Below are positions 10,082 to 20,154 of a stretch of DNA of 64,000 nt, in pieces (position 1 is the stretch's first letter; the number at the start of each line of letters is the position of its first letter). The DNA is taken from positions 128,001 through 192,000 of the forward strand of contig CBDCTZ010000015.1 in NCBI GenBank assembly GCA_965222375.1, in the 5' to 3' direction. Origin of the DNA: Polyangiaceae bacterium (GTDB taxonomy: Bacteria; Myxococcota_A; Polyangia; Polyangiales; Polyangiaceae). The translations under genes and the position numbers were made by a program. Below the pieces are notes generated by a model, which searched no databases, was not told where the DNA came from, and saw only the letters and a program-made list of their open reading frames with translations.

Positions 10082-10923
10082 GCTCCTGCGCCCTGCTAGC
10101 GGCCGTACTGCTTCCCGCCCCCGCAGGCGCAGCGCCGTGCGGGCGGCCCGACCTGCTGGATGCCGTCCCGCCAGATGGCGCCGAGAACGTCCCGACGAAC
10201 GCGCGCCTTTTTGCCCGCTACGCCACCATCGCCGAGTACGTGAACGAGGACATCACCTTCACGGCGGAGGGCGATGCGCCGGTTACGGCGAAAGGCAGCT
10301 TCGACTCCACGGAGGGCTTGCTGAGTATCGATCCACCCGACGCGTTGGTCTCCGGCAAGTCCTACACCGTGAGTTGGCCGCGCCTGCGCGGCTTTGGCAC
10401 TGCAAATCTGGGTCGAGGCAAGGACGTCACATTCCGCGTCGGCTCGAACAGTGACGAAGCACCGCCTGACTTCGCTGGTGTGCGCAGCGTCGATTGGGAC
10501 GTAACCCGAGACCAGGACGACTGCACAGATCGCTTGGAGAAGCGCTACGTTTTCGACCTCGAGCTGGACCCTGCGAGCGACGACGGCGGTCGAGATTCGC
10601 TGATGCTTGTCGTATTCCAAACTCGGGGTCCGGGTTTGGCCGCACCAAAGCCCGTCAGCGTGCGCCGGCTTCCCACGGCTGGCAACTCGGTCTACATCAA
10701 GCAGACCATCGGCAACGGTGCCGGAGACGTCTGCTTTGCCGCCATCGTCCGAGATCTGACCGGCAAGGCTTCGGCAAGCGGAGCAACCGAGGTCTGCACC
10801 GAAACCGTGGAACCGCCCTTCTTCGAGGGCTGCGCGGTGAGGGCACCCGCCGAGAAATCTCACACCGTTTGGTTGGCTTGGCTCATGGCCTTCGCACTTG
10901 CGTGGGCACGTCGCACGCGATGA
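10069..10923 (+). CDS. Secreted Ig-like domain protein with MYXO-CTERM-like tail
   Basis: PPDGAENVPTNA (Big_5-like). C-terminal GCAV...hydrophobic helix...RRTR. Confidence 0.7.
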   Translation: MRALSSCALLAAVLLPAPAGAAPCGRPDLLDAVPPDGAENVPTNARLFARYATIAEYVNEDITFTAEGDAPVTAKGSFDSTEGLLSIDPPDALVSGKSYTVSWPRLRGFGTANLGRGKDVTFRVGSNSDEAPPDFAGVRSVDWDVTRDQDDCTDRLEKRYVFDLELDPASDDGGRDSLMLVVFQTRGPGLAAPKPVSVRRLPTAGNSVYIKQTIGNGAGDVCFAAIVRDLTGKASASGATEVCTETVEPPFFEGCAVRAPAEKSHTVWLAWLMAFALAWARRTR

Positions 10924-12038
10924 AGATCGTAGCTCATAGAGTCGCGGCCGCGTTGGCCTTACTCTCGAGCGGGGCAGTGGCGCAAGCGCCGCCGCCCACG
11001 ACTGCTCCCGCCGGCCCCAACACCGCGTCGGTTCCGAGCCCAGCACCGCCCGCGCCTGCGCCGCCAGCCAGCACGCCACCTGCGCCGCAACCCACTCCGC
11101 CGCCTGCCCCGCCAATGGCCGCGCCGCAGCCCGTGACTCCACAGCCCTCACCCACGCCCACCTCGACCCAACCCGGCGGGCCAAGGCCGGCGATACCCAC
11201 GGGTCCCAGGATCGCGGTTTTCGATGTGCTGCCCATGGGCGCAGACCCGCGACTCGCAGCGGACCTGACCCATGCGCTGCGAAGGCGCGCAGCACAACTC
11301 GGATACGTGCCTCTGCCTCCTGAAAGGCTCCACGCGCCACCTGCGACGAGCCAAGGGAGCCAGGGCATCACGCCTCAGGTCGCGGCACAGTTGGTGCGCA
11401 GTGTCGGCGCCGAGCGCGGTGTGTTCGCGAGCGTTAGCGTCGAACCGGGCAAGTACCGGCTCCGCATCTTCGTCACCACGCCCGATGGCGACTCCGACGA
11501 ACTCAGCGCTTCAGAATCTCCGTCGCAGCTCTTCGCCGCGACGGACAAGCTCCTGGCGGAGCTTTTGCCCGAGGTCGAGCCACCGGAGCCCATCGATCCC
11601 AACCAACCGGCCTTCACCTCCCCCAGCCTGCGCCTAGCCGCGGGCACCGAAGGCGCCATCGGTCTCTCGGGTGCCGGCTTCTACAACCACCTGGTGCACG
11701 CTCGCCTCGACACCGTCTTCGCGTCATCCACATCAGTCGGGTTCGAACTCGCCTACGCCAACCTCAAGGGCCGCGATGGCCGCGCACACAACGTGCTGCC
11801 GTCCGTCGTGCTCGAGCATGCCGTCGAGCTAGGCAGCGGCTGGTCCCTGCCGTTCAGTTTCTCACCCGGCTACCTGCCCAACAACGGCCCAGTCCTCCAA
11901 GTTGCCGCCGGCTTCGCCTACGCCTTCGACGACACCACCGAACTGTCCCTGAGCCCTCTAGCCCCCGCCGCTTGGATCACCAAAGACGAAGCGGTCTACA
12001 GTTTGAACGTCAGCGCTGAACTCCGATTCGGGATTTGA
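10920..12038 (+). CDS. Secreted Pro-rich protein with C-terminal OM beta-barrel-like region
   Basis: ATGA overlap with the previous gene, signal peptide, C-terminal ...VSAELRFGI. Confidence 0.65.
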   Translation: MKIVAHRVAAALALLSSGAVAQAPPPTTAPAGPNTASVPSPAPPAPAPPASTPPAPQPTPPPAPPMAAPQPVTPQPSPTPTSTQPGGPRPAIPTGPRIAVFDVLPMGADPRLAADLTHALRRRAAQLGYVPLPPERLHAPPATSQGSQGITPQVAAQLVRSVGAERGVFASVSVEPGKYRLRIFVTTPDGDSDELSASESPSQLFAATDKLLAELLPEVEPPEPIDPNQPAFTSPSLRLAAGTEGAIGLSGAGFYNHLVHARLDTVFASSTSVGFELAYANLKGRDGRAHNVLPSVVLEHAVELGSGWSLPFSFSPGYLPNNGPVLQVAAGFAYAFDDTTELSLSPLAPAAWITKDEAVYSLNVSAELRFGI

Positions 12039-12180
12039 ACCTCGCAGAGGAATTCCCAGGAACGACTGATTTTCCAACGTGGACGGAATGTAGGCGCGAA
12101 TCCGACATAAACCTACACCTTCAGCTTGACGACACGTGCTCTGGACGGTAGCCCTGCCCCGCTTTTCGGGAGGCTAAACA

Positions 12181-13569
12181 ATGACGTTGAAGAAGTTGGG
12201 TTGGTCAGCTGCGATGGGTTTCGCGTGCGTCGCAATGGCGTGTGCGTCTGAGGACGACAGCACGATTGGAACGGGTGGCTCGGGCAACTTCGGCGGCTTC
12301 GGCACCGGCGGAACTGGTACCGGAGGCTTCAGCACTGGCGGTTTCTCGACCGGAGGCACGGGAGCTATCAGCACCGGGGGCACGGGCAACGTGGGCACCG
12401 GCGGCACGGCGACCGGCGGCACGGGCAACGTGGGCACCGGAGGCGCGGCAACCGGCGGCACGGGCGCTGTGGGCACCGGCGGAACGGCCACGGGTGGAGC
12501 AAGTGGCAGCGGTGGCGCTGGCACGGGAGGCTTCGGCACCGGCGGATTCGGCACGGGAGGCTTCGGCACCGGCGGCAGCTCCGGCGGCGGCACTTGCGTT
12601 GGCAACTGCGGCTTGGGCGATCCCTCTGGCTCGTGTTTCTGCGATTCCAGCTGCTTGAGCTTGGGCGACTGCTGCAGCGACTATCTGACCGTCTGCGGCG
12701 GAAGCGGCGGAAGCGGCGGGGGTGGTACCGGAGGGTCCGGTGGCTCCACGGGCGGCAGTGGTGGTGTCGCTACGGGTGGCACGGGTGGCGTCGCCACGGG
12801 TGGTACAGGTGGCGTTGCGACCGGCGGAACCGGTGGTGTTGCTACGGGTGGCACGGGTGGCACGGGTGGCGTCGCCACGGGTGGCACCGGCGGAACCGGC
12901 GGGACCACGGGTTGCCAGAACGCAGAAGAGTGTTCCAACCCCGCCACGATGATCTGCAACCCCAAGACATTCCAGTGCCAAGCGGGTCAGTGCACGGCCA
13001 CGAGCCAGTGCCCGAACAATGAGGCTTGCTTGGGCCAGGTCCCGAGCGCGGCAGTGGGCGCCTGCTACCCGCAATGCACACCCTACGCCACAGGCACCGG
13101 CTGCGCATCCACTCACGACTGCGTGCCGTACCTGCTCGACGGAACCGAGGGCGCGTGCTTCCAAAAGGGCACCACCGCTGATGGCGCCGCCTGCGCCGAC
13201 ACGGACGTTGGCACGGGCTGCGTCGCTGGCAGCATCTGCGTGCGCGACTCGGGCGTTCGCGTCTGTCGTCGCCAATGCAACTTCTTCGCTTCCAGCCCTG
13301 CATGCGTCGCCTCCCAGCGCTGCGCTCTGGGCGGGGTGTGCATCGCGGAGGGCGGCGACGCCGCGGCTCTCGGCGCTGCGTGCTCGGTTGCCAGTGCGGC
13401 GGGCGAAATCTGCGGCAACGATGGCAAGGCCTGGCGCGGCACCTGTCAAGACCTCGGTAGTGGCCTCCGCTGCTACAAGGTTTGCCGCACCTCGGTCTCT
13501 GCGGATTGCACCAGCAGCCAGACGTGTTCCCCCTTCCAGAGCGACACGACCGCTGGCGTCTGCATCTGA
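12181..13569 (+). CDS. Gly/Thr-rich lipoprotein with somatomedin B-like domain and Cys-rich repeats
   Basis: RBS GGAGG, lipobox AMAC, CVGNC...CFCDSSCLSLGDCCSDYLTVC, GGVATGGT repeats. Confidence 0.85.
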   Translation: MTLKKLGWSAAMGFACVAMACASEDDSTIGTGGSGNFGGFGTGGTGTGGFSTGGFSTGGTGAISTGGTGNVGTGGTATGGTGNVGTGGAATGGTGAVGTGGTATGGASGSGGAGTGGFGTGGFGTGGFGTGGSSGGGTCVGNCGLGDPSGSCFCDSSCLSLGDCCSDYLTVCGGSGGSGGGGTGGSGGSTGGSGGVATGGTGGVATGGTGGVATGGTGGVATGGTGGTGGVATGGTGGTGGTTGCQNAEECSNPATMICNPKTFQCQAGQCTATSQCPNNEACLGQVPSAAVGACYPQCTPYATGTGCASTHDCVPYLLDGTEGACFQKGTTADGAACADTDVGTGCVAGSICVRDSGVRVCRRQCNFFASSPACVASQRCALGGVCIAEGGDAAALGAACSVASAAGEICGNDGKAWRGTCQDLGSGLRCYKVCRTSVSADCTSSQTCSPFQSDTTAGVCI

Positions 13570-13588
13570 GCCAAGCGCCAACACGACG

Positions 13589-13630
13589 AAACCCGCCTGC
13601 GCAATCGCGCCGGCGGGTTTTGTTTTTTGT
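13589..13630 (+). terminator. Rho-independent terminator
   Basis: AAACCCGCC/GGCGGGTTT stem followed by a T-rich tract just after the stop at 13569. Confidence 0.8.
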
Positions 13631-13652
13631 TGGGCTCGCCTAGAGTCGGCCC

Positions 13653-14405
13653 GTGCGCGGGATGGGCCCTCCGGAGACGTTTTGGCTGAGGGCAGGCGTC
13701 GCCGCTGTGTGGCTGGCCACGGGTCTGCTGGTCGTGCACCCAACCTATCGCAGCATTGGCGGAAACTTCCTCGATCGCCTCGGCTTGCCGGTGTGGTTGA
13801 TGCCAGCGACCTGCGTGTTCGAGGTCGGGCTGGGCCTCTATGTGCTGCTGCGCAGGGCTGGCAATCTCATCACGCTGCTGCAGTTGTCGATGGTGGTCAC
13901 CTTCACCGCAATCCTGGCAACGTTGGACGCGCGGCTTTTGGTCAATCCCTTTGGCATGCTGACCAAGAACGTACCGATCCTTGCCGCCGTCGTGACCGCG
14001 TGGCTGGTGGAGCGAGAAGGTTGGAGTAGCCGCGCAATGTGGCTCCTTCGGAGCGGCATGGCTTTCATCTGGCTGACTGAGGGACTCCTGCCCAAAGTGT
14101 TCTTTCAGCAAGCCGACGAACTCGCGATCGTGGAGGGCGTCGGGCTCTCTTTTGGGGCACCGGCCACGGTCCTGATGATCATAGGCGTGGTGCAGGCAGC
14201 GTCCGGCATCCTGGCGCTGGTGCTTTCGGGGCGCGCGCTGCGGCTCCTGTTGGCCGCCCAGGTTGCCGCGCTGGTCCTCCTGCCCTTGGTCGTTTCTTGG
14301 CAAGTGCCGTGGCTATGGTTTCATCCCTTTGGCCCGTTCACCAAGAACGTGCCAATCATCTTCGGAACGAGTGTAGTTCTGTGGCGCTGCTCATTGCGAT
14401 CCTAA
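13653..14405 (+). CDS. DoxX-like family membrane protein (two repeats)
   Basis: NPFGMLTKNVPI and HPFGPFTKNVPI motifs, multiple TM helices. Confidence 0.75.
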   Translation: MRGMGPPETFWLRAGVAAVWLATGLLVVHPTYRSIGGNFLDRLGLPVWLMPATCVFEVGLGLYVLLRRAGNLITLLQLSMVVTFTAILATLDARLLVNPFGMLTKNVPILAAVVTAWLVEREGWSSRAMWLLRSGMAFIWLTEGLLPKVFFQQADELAIVEGVGLSFGAPATVLMIIGVVQAASGILALVLSGRALRLLLAAQVAALVLLPLVVSWQVPWLWFHPFGPFTKNVPIIFGTSVVLWRCSLRS

Positions 14406-14857
14406 AAACCATTCACGTCTTTGCTGCGATCTTGTTCCTGGGCACAGGAGCGGGAAGCGCTTGGTACAAGCTGCGGGCTGCGCGCAGCAAAGACACCCAA
14501 GTGATCGCCTGGTGCGACGCCGAGGTCGTGTTTGCGGACTGGGTGTTCACGGTGCCATCCGGAGTGTTCGTTCCCGCGAGTGGGCTCTGGCTCGCCCATC
14601 TCTACAGCATCCCCCTGTCAACGGGCTGGCTCTGGCAAGGGCTTGTGGGCTACTGCATCGCGGGTATCACCTGGCTCCCGGCGGCGTTCATGCAAGTGCG
14701 AATGAAGCGTCTCTCAGCGAAAGCCCGAGACGAGGGCAGCGCGTTGCCCCCAGCCTGGCATCGCATGCAACGAGCCTGGGCCCTACTCGGAATTCCATCC
14801 TTCGGCGCAACCGTCGCTGTGGTGTGGATGATGGTATCGAAGCGCGCGCTTTTCTAG
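14381..14857 (+). CDS. DUF2269 family membrane protein
   Basis: LKTIHV...GTGAGSAWY...ADWVFTVP...WLPAA...WMMVSK. Confidence 0.8.
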   Translation: MALLIAILKTIHVFAAILFLGTGAGSAWYKLRAARSKDTQVIAWCDAEVVFADWVFTVPSGVFVPASGLWLAHLYSIPLSTGWLWQGLVGYCIAGITWLPAAFMQVRMKRLSAKARDEGSALPPAWHRMQRAWALLGIPSFGATVAVVWMMVSKRALF

Positions 14858-14862
14858 GCCAC

Positions 14863-15606
14863 TTAGGGCGCGGCCCGCAGCCCCAGCACTTGGCGCAAGA
14901 TAGCGTAGTCGTTCTGGGTGGCACGCTGGCAACTTGCTTGGTCTTCGGGAGGCACGGGGCCATCCCTCCAGGCCAGGCCCATCGACTTGGCCGCCATTAC
15001 CGAACTGACATCTTCGTTGTGCGTCAGTCCGAAGGTATGCCCCGCTTCGTGGGCGATCGTGCGCGCGAGCTGCTTGCGAGCATCTGCGGATGAAAGCTGC
15101 TCGGGAACGCAAGCTGCGGCCGCGAAGCCCACGTCACCGTCCTGGGCGCCAGCACAGTCGCGCACGGCCAAACCCGCCAAGGGGCATTGTTCCGCGAACT
15201 GAATTTCGCCAAAGGTATTGCCCACCACAAGCATCGTAAACTGTCCGCTTTTGGGGCGTTCGGTGACGACCTCGAGCGCAAAGGGTTGGTAGACGGCACG
15301 GACCTGCCGGGCAACGTCCTGGATCACACGGCTCCGGGTAGGCACAGCCGCATCGACGAATCGGTCCAACACGGGCGCAGCGATCTGATAAGGACCCGGG
15401 CCATCCGCCAGGGTGGTGAGGCCTGCGGCCGCATCGTTCTTGCTGCCGTAGCTCAGAAACGCACCGTCGAAGTTCAGATACAGGGTCGTGGCTTCAGAAG
15501 CAGTCGGATTCGGCTGTTTTGATTCGTTCCCGGGGCCCTCGGCAATGCCGCCACAAGCCATGCAGGTGGCGAGCGCCAGGGGTAGAGCTCGGCTGAGTCC
15601 ATGCAT
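14863..15606 (-). CDS. Lipoprotein zinc metallopeptidase (metzincin-like)
   Basis: HEAGHTFGLTH, Met-turn SVM, LYLNFDG. Confidence 0.8.
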   Translation of the reverse strand: MHGLSRALPLALATCMACGGIAEGPGNESKQPNPTASEATTLYLNFDGAFLSYGSKNDAAAGLTTLADGPGPYQIAAPVLDRFVDAAVPTRSRVIQDVARQVRAVYQPFALEVVTERPKSGQFTMLVVGNTFGEIQFAEQCPLAGLAVRDCAGAQDGDVGFAAAACVPEQLSSADARKQLARTIAHEAGHTFGLTHNEDVSSVMAAKSMGLAWRDGPVPPEDQASCQRATQNDYAILRQVLGLRAAP

Positions 15607-15671
15607 TCCTCGTCAGTCTGTTGCACCCCTTTGTCAGGGATTCACCGAGGAACGACAAAACCGATCAGGTG

Positions 15672-16301
15672 CTACTTTGCACCTTTCTTGCGCTCATCCG
15701 GCGTCAGATCCTTGTTCCGCCAGTAGAACTTCGTCTTCTTGTCTTCGGCGTCCTCGATGAAGCCGACCATCTGCATTTCGGCCTCGATGAACTTCGTTCC
15801 TTCAGGCACGTGATCCTTGGCCACGCAAGAGAAAGTGATGACGGCTTTTTCATCGACCTTCATTGGGCCTTGGAAGATCTTGCCGGCGCAGGTCTGGGCG
15901 GGCTTTTCCTTTTCGCCGTCCTTCACCATGAGCTGCTGGCCCGCCTTGTCGTAGAAGTAAGCGTACATCTTCCCATATAGGATAGGGAGCTTCGCGATGT
16001 TCTTGACGCGGAAGGACGGACCGTCGTCTTTCATCTTTCCGGTCCACTGGACTTCCATGAGGCGCTCGGAGCCTTTGGCTTCGCAGGGCTTGTTGAAAGA
16101 ACCCGTACCTTTGGATTTCTCGGGGCAGTCATGCTGCACTTCGGGTTCGGGCTTTGCCGTGGGTTTGGGCGGTGGCGCGACCACCGGCGCCGCGCTGGGT
16201 TTGGCTTTCGGCTCGGGTTTCTTCTCTTCTTCGCAAGCCGTCGCGCCCAAGGCGACCAGGGACAGCACCAAAGCTCCAGAGATCTGCGTCGCCCTCGACA
16301 T
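15672..16301 (-). CDS. Hypothetical lipoprotein
   Basis: Lipobox ATAC, Pro/Lys linker, plausible codon usage. Confidence 0.75.
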   Translation of the reverse strand: MSRATQISGALVLSLVALGATACEEEKKPEPKAKPSAAPVVAPPPKPTAKPEPEVQHDCPEKSKGTGSFNKPCEAKGSERLMEVQWTGKMKDDGPSFRVKNIAKLPILYGKMYAYFYDKAGQQLMVKDGEKEKPAQTCAGKIFQGPMKVDEKAVITFSCVAKDHVPEGTKFIEAEMQMVGFIEDAEDKKTKFYWRNKDLTPDERKKGAK

Positions 16302-16478
16302 ATCTTTCGGCTCCCTTCGCAGCGCCGGCGCAATTCACCAGGCGCAACCTCCCGGTCACGCTAGTTCAAGCGCCTCGAGGTAATCAAGCACAGGCCTGGA
16401 GTCTGTGATTGAGCCGCCGGAACGCACTGACGGATCGAGACCGGCTCAGATTGACTGCGGGCCTGGTTGCGCCAGCGG

Positions 16479-17528
16479 CTAATCTGCCCGGGGCTCGACC
16501 ACCACTCTCACAACGCCGTCGTCCTTGCGAGCAAGATGCTGCAGAGCGTCGTTTGCGCGGCGGAGGGGGTAGCGGGCCGATATCGAACCCGACACATCCA
16601 GTCGTCCGGCGGCGACGAGGCGGAAGAGGTCCTCGATATCCGCTCGGTCCATGCCGAAGGAACCGAGTACGGCCTGCTCTCGGCCCACGAAGCCCAAGAG
16701 CGGCGGAAGCTGAGGCCGCTCGGTGCCGACACCAACAATCACCGCACGCCCGCACTTGCCGAGGCAACGCAGGCCCAATTGCACGGTCTCGGCGGTGCCC
16801 ACACATTCGAGGACTAGGTCCAGGCCACCGGGGACCGCGCTCTTGAGCGACCGGCGGAAATCATCTTGCTTTGGGTCCAGTGCTACATCTGCACCGAGCC
16901 GTAATGCCCGCTCTCGCGCCCGCGGATCTGGATCGATCGCTACGACATGGGCAGCGCCCATCATCCGCGCGAGTTGGATGCCGTGAGTGCCTAGGCCGCC
17001 GCAGCCGACGACACCGACCGTTTCGCCCGCGCGCAGCGCTCCGCGGGACCGAAGCGCATGAAAGGGCGTGGCGATACCGTCCGTGATGACAGCGCCAATG
17101 TCGAAGGGCACTTCAGACGGCAGAGACATCACCGACGCGGCCGGGACTGCCACGTACTGAGCCAACGCTCCATCCCGCCCCATGCCATAGACTTTGGAGC
17201 GATCGCAAAGAGACTCGCGACCAGCGTGGCAGTAGCGGCAGGCGCGGCAGGAGGCCGCGGGGAACATTGCCACGCGATCCCCCTCCTTGACGCCAGAGCC
17301 GTTTGCCGGCGCGCTCACGACGACCCCCGCCGCTTCGTGGCCGAGAGTGATGGGCGTGCGCTCGACGGGAAGACTCCCCTCCACTGCCAGATGAAGGTCC
17401 GTGCCGCACAGACCGCAGGCGTTGACCTGCACCAAGATCTCTCCCTGCCCGGGCACCGGGAGCGGCAGTTCGTGGATTTCGAGGGGTTCGCCCGGGCACA
17501 CCAAGCGAGCAGCGAGCATCGTCTTCAT
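16479..17528 (-). CDS. Zinc-dependent alcohol dehydrogenase (MDR)
   Basis: CGTD, GHE, structural CxxCxxC...C, GCGGLG. ATGA overlap with TetR. Confidence 0.9.
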   Translation of the reverse strand: MKTMLAARLVCPGEPLEIHELPLPVPGQGEILVQVNACGLCGTDLHLAVEGSLPVERTPITLGHEAAGVVVSAPANGSGVKEGDRVAMFPAASCRACRYCHAGRESLCDRSKVYGMGRDGALAQYVAVPAASVMSLPSEVPFDIGAVITDGIATPFHALRSRGALRAGETVGVVGCGGLGTHGIQLARMMGAAHVVAIDPDPRARERALRLGADVALDPKQDDFRRSLKSAVPGGLDLVLECVGTAETVQLGLRCLGKCGRAVIVGVGTERPQLPPLLGFVGREQAVLGSFGMDRADIEDLFRLVAAGRLDVSGSISARYPLRRANDALQHLARKDDGVVRVVVEPRAD

Positions 17529-18166
17529 GTTGGCTCCTTGTCGTCGCCTGAGTCCCCCGGGAAAATCCCCCCCACGAGGAGTTCGAACGCCTTGGCCATC
17601 TCTCGGTCCGTCGGATGGGCGCGGGCACCCAGATTCGCACGGGAGTCTCGAAGCACCGTCAGCCCCACGAAGCTCGACCACAACAGGTCCGCGGCGACTC
17701 GCGGCTGGGGTACCTCTGTGAGGTCACCGAAGAGGGCGGCGAATCGGCGGAAGTTGTCACCGGAGCGGCGCGCCAGCTCCGCCTTGAGCTCATCAGACAC
17801 CAAAGCCGTCGACTGCGGGTGGGCCAGGTGAGTGAACACCTGAAAGTACTCCGGGTGCTCACGGTTCACCTCTCCAAAAAAGCGCCACAGCCTCCTGAGC
17901 CTGCTCCTTGGGTCCGTCTCGGCGACAGCGATGCGGTCGAGGCCGCGCTGCATGAACTCGATCCCCTCGAGCAACAGGGACGTAAAGAGCTCGTCCTTGC
18001 TCTTGAAGTAGAAGAACAGCGTCGCCTCTGAGAGCTCGCAGGCACCTGCGATCTGCTTGGTACTTGTGCCGTTGAAACCGTTATCACGGACGAGAGTGCG
18101 AGTAGCGTCCAGCACGGCCTTGCGTCGTGCCTCCCGTTCTCGCGCTCGTCGTTCCTGTACGCCCAT
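17525..18166 (-). CDS. TetR/AcrR family regulator
   Basis: N-terminal HTH ...TSTKQIAGACELSEATLFFYFKSKDELF. Confidence 0.9.
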   Translation of the reverse strand: MGVQERRAREREARRKAVLDATRTLVRDNGFNGTSTKQIAGACELSEATLFFYFKSKDELFTSLLLEGIEFMQRGLDRIAVAETDPRSRLRRLWRFFGEVNREHPEYFQVFTHLAHPQSTALVSDELKAELARRSGDNFRRFAALFGDLTEVPQPRVAADLLWSSFVGLTVLRDSRANLGARAHPTDREMAKAFELLVGGIFPGDSGDDKEPT

Positions 18167-19321
18167 CTATGAAGCCTTCCCAGAGGCTTCCAGCGCCCGT
18201 GCGATGGTCTCGCGCTGGATTTCACTGGTACCCTCACCAAACTCGAGCACTTTGCAATCGCGGTAGAAGCGTTGAGCCGCGCTGTCGAGCATATAACCCT
18301 GAGCGCCGCTGAGATGAAGCGCGCGTTCGCACGCCCAAGTACAGGTCTCGCTGGCAAGTAGCTTGGCCATCGAGGCCTCGGTGTTGTGTTCTTTGCCTGC
18401 GTCAGCGAGCCGCGCCGCGTGGAGTGTGAGCTGCCACGCTGCCTCGGTACGGGTCGCGATGTCCGCGAGGGTGAAACGCACGAACTGCTTCTTCAGCAGA
18501 GGTTTCCCAAACTGCACCCGGGCGGCCGTGTGCTCCAGGGCGGCATTGAGGGCGGCTCGAGACAAGCCTACGGCAAAAGATGCGGCTGCGATGCGGCCAA
18601 GGGTGAGAACCTGCAGGGCTTTGACGAAACCGACGTTCTCCGGACCAAGCCGGTCCGTCTGTGAGACGCGGCACTCCTCGAGAACTATCTCGGCCATCTC
18701 CGACGCCCCCATGCCGAGTTTCTCCATCGGCTTACCGACGCTCATACCCGGATTGTCGCGATCAACCAGGAACACAGACAAGCCTTTGAGGCCTTGTTCC
18801 GGCGCAGTACTGGCCACGACGACGGCGAAGTCGGCGAAAGTCGCATTGGTGATGTACAGCTTCGCGCCGTCAAGCACATAGCTGTCACCGTCGCGTTTCG
18901 CGCGCGTCCCAACACTGGAGACATCAGCCCCAGCACCGGCTTCGGCATACGCCCAGCAACCCACTCGCTGCCCTCGCAGCGCAGCTGGAAGAATCCGCTT
19001 GCGCTGAGAGTCGTTTCCTAAATGAAAGACCGCTGCCGCCGCCAGGGCCGTGTGCACATACATCCCAAGTGCCACCCCAGCCGACCCCCGGGCCAGCTCC
19101 GCGCAAAGTAAGGCGTAGAGCACTGAACCCCCGCCACTACCTCCAACGCTCTCTGGGAACGCAATCCCGAGCCACCCGAGCTCTCCGAACTTGCCAAATA
19201 GCTCCCGTGGATACGTCTGCGCGCGGTCCCAGCCAAGGGCCTTGGGCGCAATCTCCTGAGCGACAAACTCCCTGACGGACTGCTGAAGCAGGATTTCTTC
19301 TGCTGTTAGTAGGTAGCTCAT
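18167..19321 (-). CDS. Acyl-CoA dehydrogenase
   Basis: GAKLYITNA, KLG, SMAKLLASE, FGEGTSEIQR. Confidence 0.9.
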   Translation of the reverse strand: MSYLLTAEEILLQQSVREFVAQEIAPKALGWDRAQTYPRELFGKFGELGWLGIAFPESVGGSGGGSVLYALLCAELARGSAGVALGMYVHTALAAAAVFHLGNDSQRKRILPAALRGQRVGCWAYAEAGAGADVSSVGTRAKRDGDSYVLDGAKLYITNATFADFAVVVASTAPEQGLKGLSVFLVDRDNPGMSVGKPMEKLGMGASEMAEIVLEECRVSQTDRLGPENVGFVKALQVLTLGRIAAASFAVGLSRAALNAALEHTAARVQFGKPLLKKQFVRFTLADIATRTEAAWQLTLHAARLADAGKEHNTEASMAKLLASETCTWACERALHLSGAQGYMLDSAAQRFYRDCKVLEFGEGTSEIQRETIARALEASGKAS

Positions 19322-19365
19322 GATCGGTTCCGTTTCCGGGGAGGTAGGTTCGAACGGGGCAAGCC

Positions 19366-20154
19366 TCAGTTGCCGTTGAAGTGAGGCGAGCGTTTCTCTC
19401 GAAACGACGCAAGACCTTCGCGGTGGTCCTTGCTCTGTAGGCATTGAACTTGGGCAAAGATTTCGAAGTCGAATTCCGCGTCCATGTCGCGGTCGACCGA
19501 GCGACGGATGGCACGCTTCGTGAAAGCCAGCGCCATCGGCGGTCCGGCAGCAAGATTGCGCGCAAGCTCATTCACGCTCTGGTCCAAGTCGTCAGCCGCT
19601 ACAACGCGGGTGATGAGCCCAATGCGCTCAGCTTCTTCAGCGCCCACAAAGCGTCCCGACATCATGATCTCGGTGGCTCGGCCCATGCCAACGAGCCGCG
19701 GCAGAAAGTACCCGGCAGACATGTCGCAGCCAGCCAAGCCGATGTTGACGAATGGCGCGCACAGCCGCGTGTCGGGCACGGCGATACGGTAGTCGCACGC
19801 TAGCGCCAGGCCGAGACCACCGCCCACCGCGTCTCCATGCAGGCGCGCGATCACGGGTTGACCCATTGCGGCAATGCGGCGGATCGGATCGAGATATCGG
19901 TCCACGATCTTCTCCCACTGGACGGCCGTGCGCTCGACCATCTCGGCCTGATCCGCACCGGCGCAGAAGAGCCGCCCGTTCCCCGAGAGCACGACTACTC
20001 GAACCGTGTCCGTACTAGCTACTTCATCGAGGCCGCTGACCAGCGCTTCGAGGGTGGGCAAATCGATGGTGTTGAGACGCTTTGGCCGATTGAGGGTCAC
20101 CGTCGCCACACCGTCGCTGACATCGACGAGGACTGCGTCGTCCGACGCGCTCAT
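19366..20154 (-). CDS. Enoyl-CoA hydratase/isomerase (PaaG-like)
   Basis: LNRP, FCAGAD, GGGLGLALACD, EKRSPHF. Confidence 0.9.
   Translation of the reverse strand: MSASDDAVLVDVSDGVATVTLNRPKRLNTIDLPTLEALVSGLDEVASTDTVRVVVLSGNGRLFCAGADQAEMVERTAVQWEKIVDRYLDPIRRIAAMGQPVIARLHGDAVGGGLGLALACDYRIAVPDTRLCAPFVNIGLAGCDMSAGYFLPRLVGMGRATEIMMSGRFVGAEEAERIGLITRVVAADDLDQSVNELARNLAAGPPMALAFTKRAIRRSVDRDMDAEFDFEIFAQVQCLQSKDHREGLASFREKRSPHFNGN

Noticed and set aside
12126..12154. TTGACG-N17-TAGCCC sigma70 promoter
   Set aside because: The -10 box is too weak to call without data.
12280..12905. Periodic GGCACCGG/GGTGGC repeats as a non-coding array
   Set aside because: In-frame, synonymously varied Gly/Thr linker codons of a lipoprotein.
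12205..13743. 512-aa minus-strand Ala-rich ORF
   Set aside because: Antisense shadow of the Gly-rich lipoprotein.
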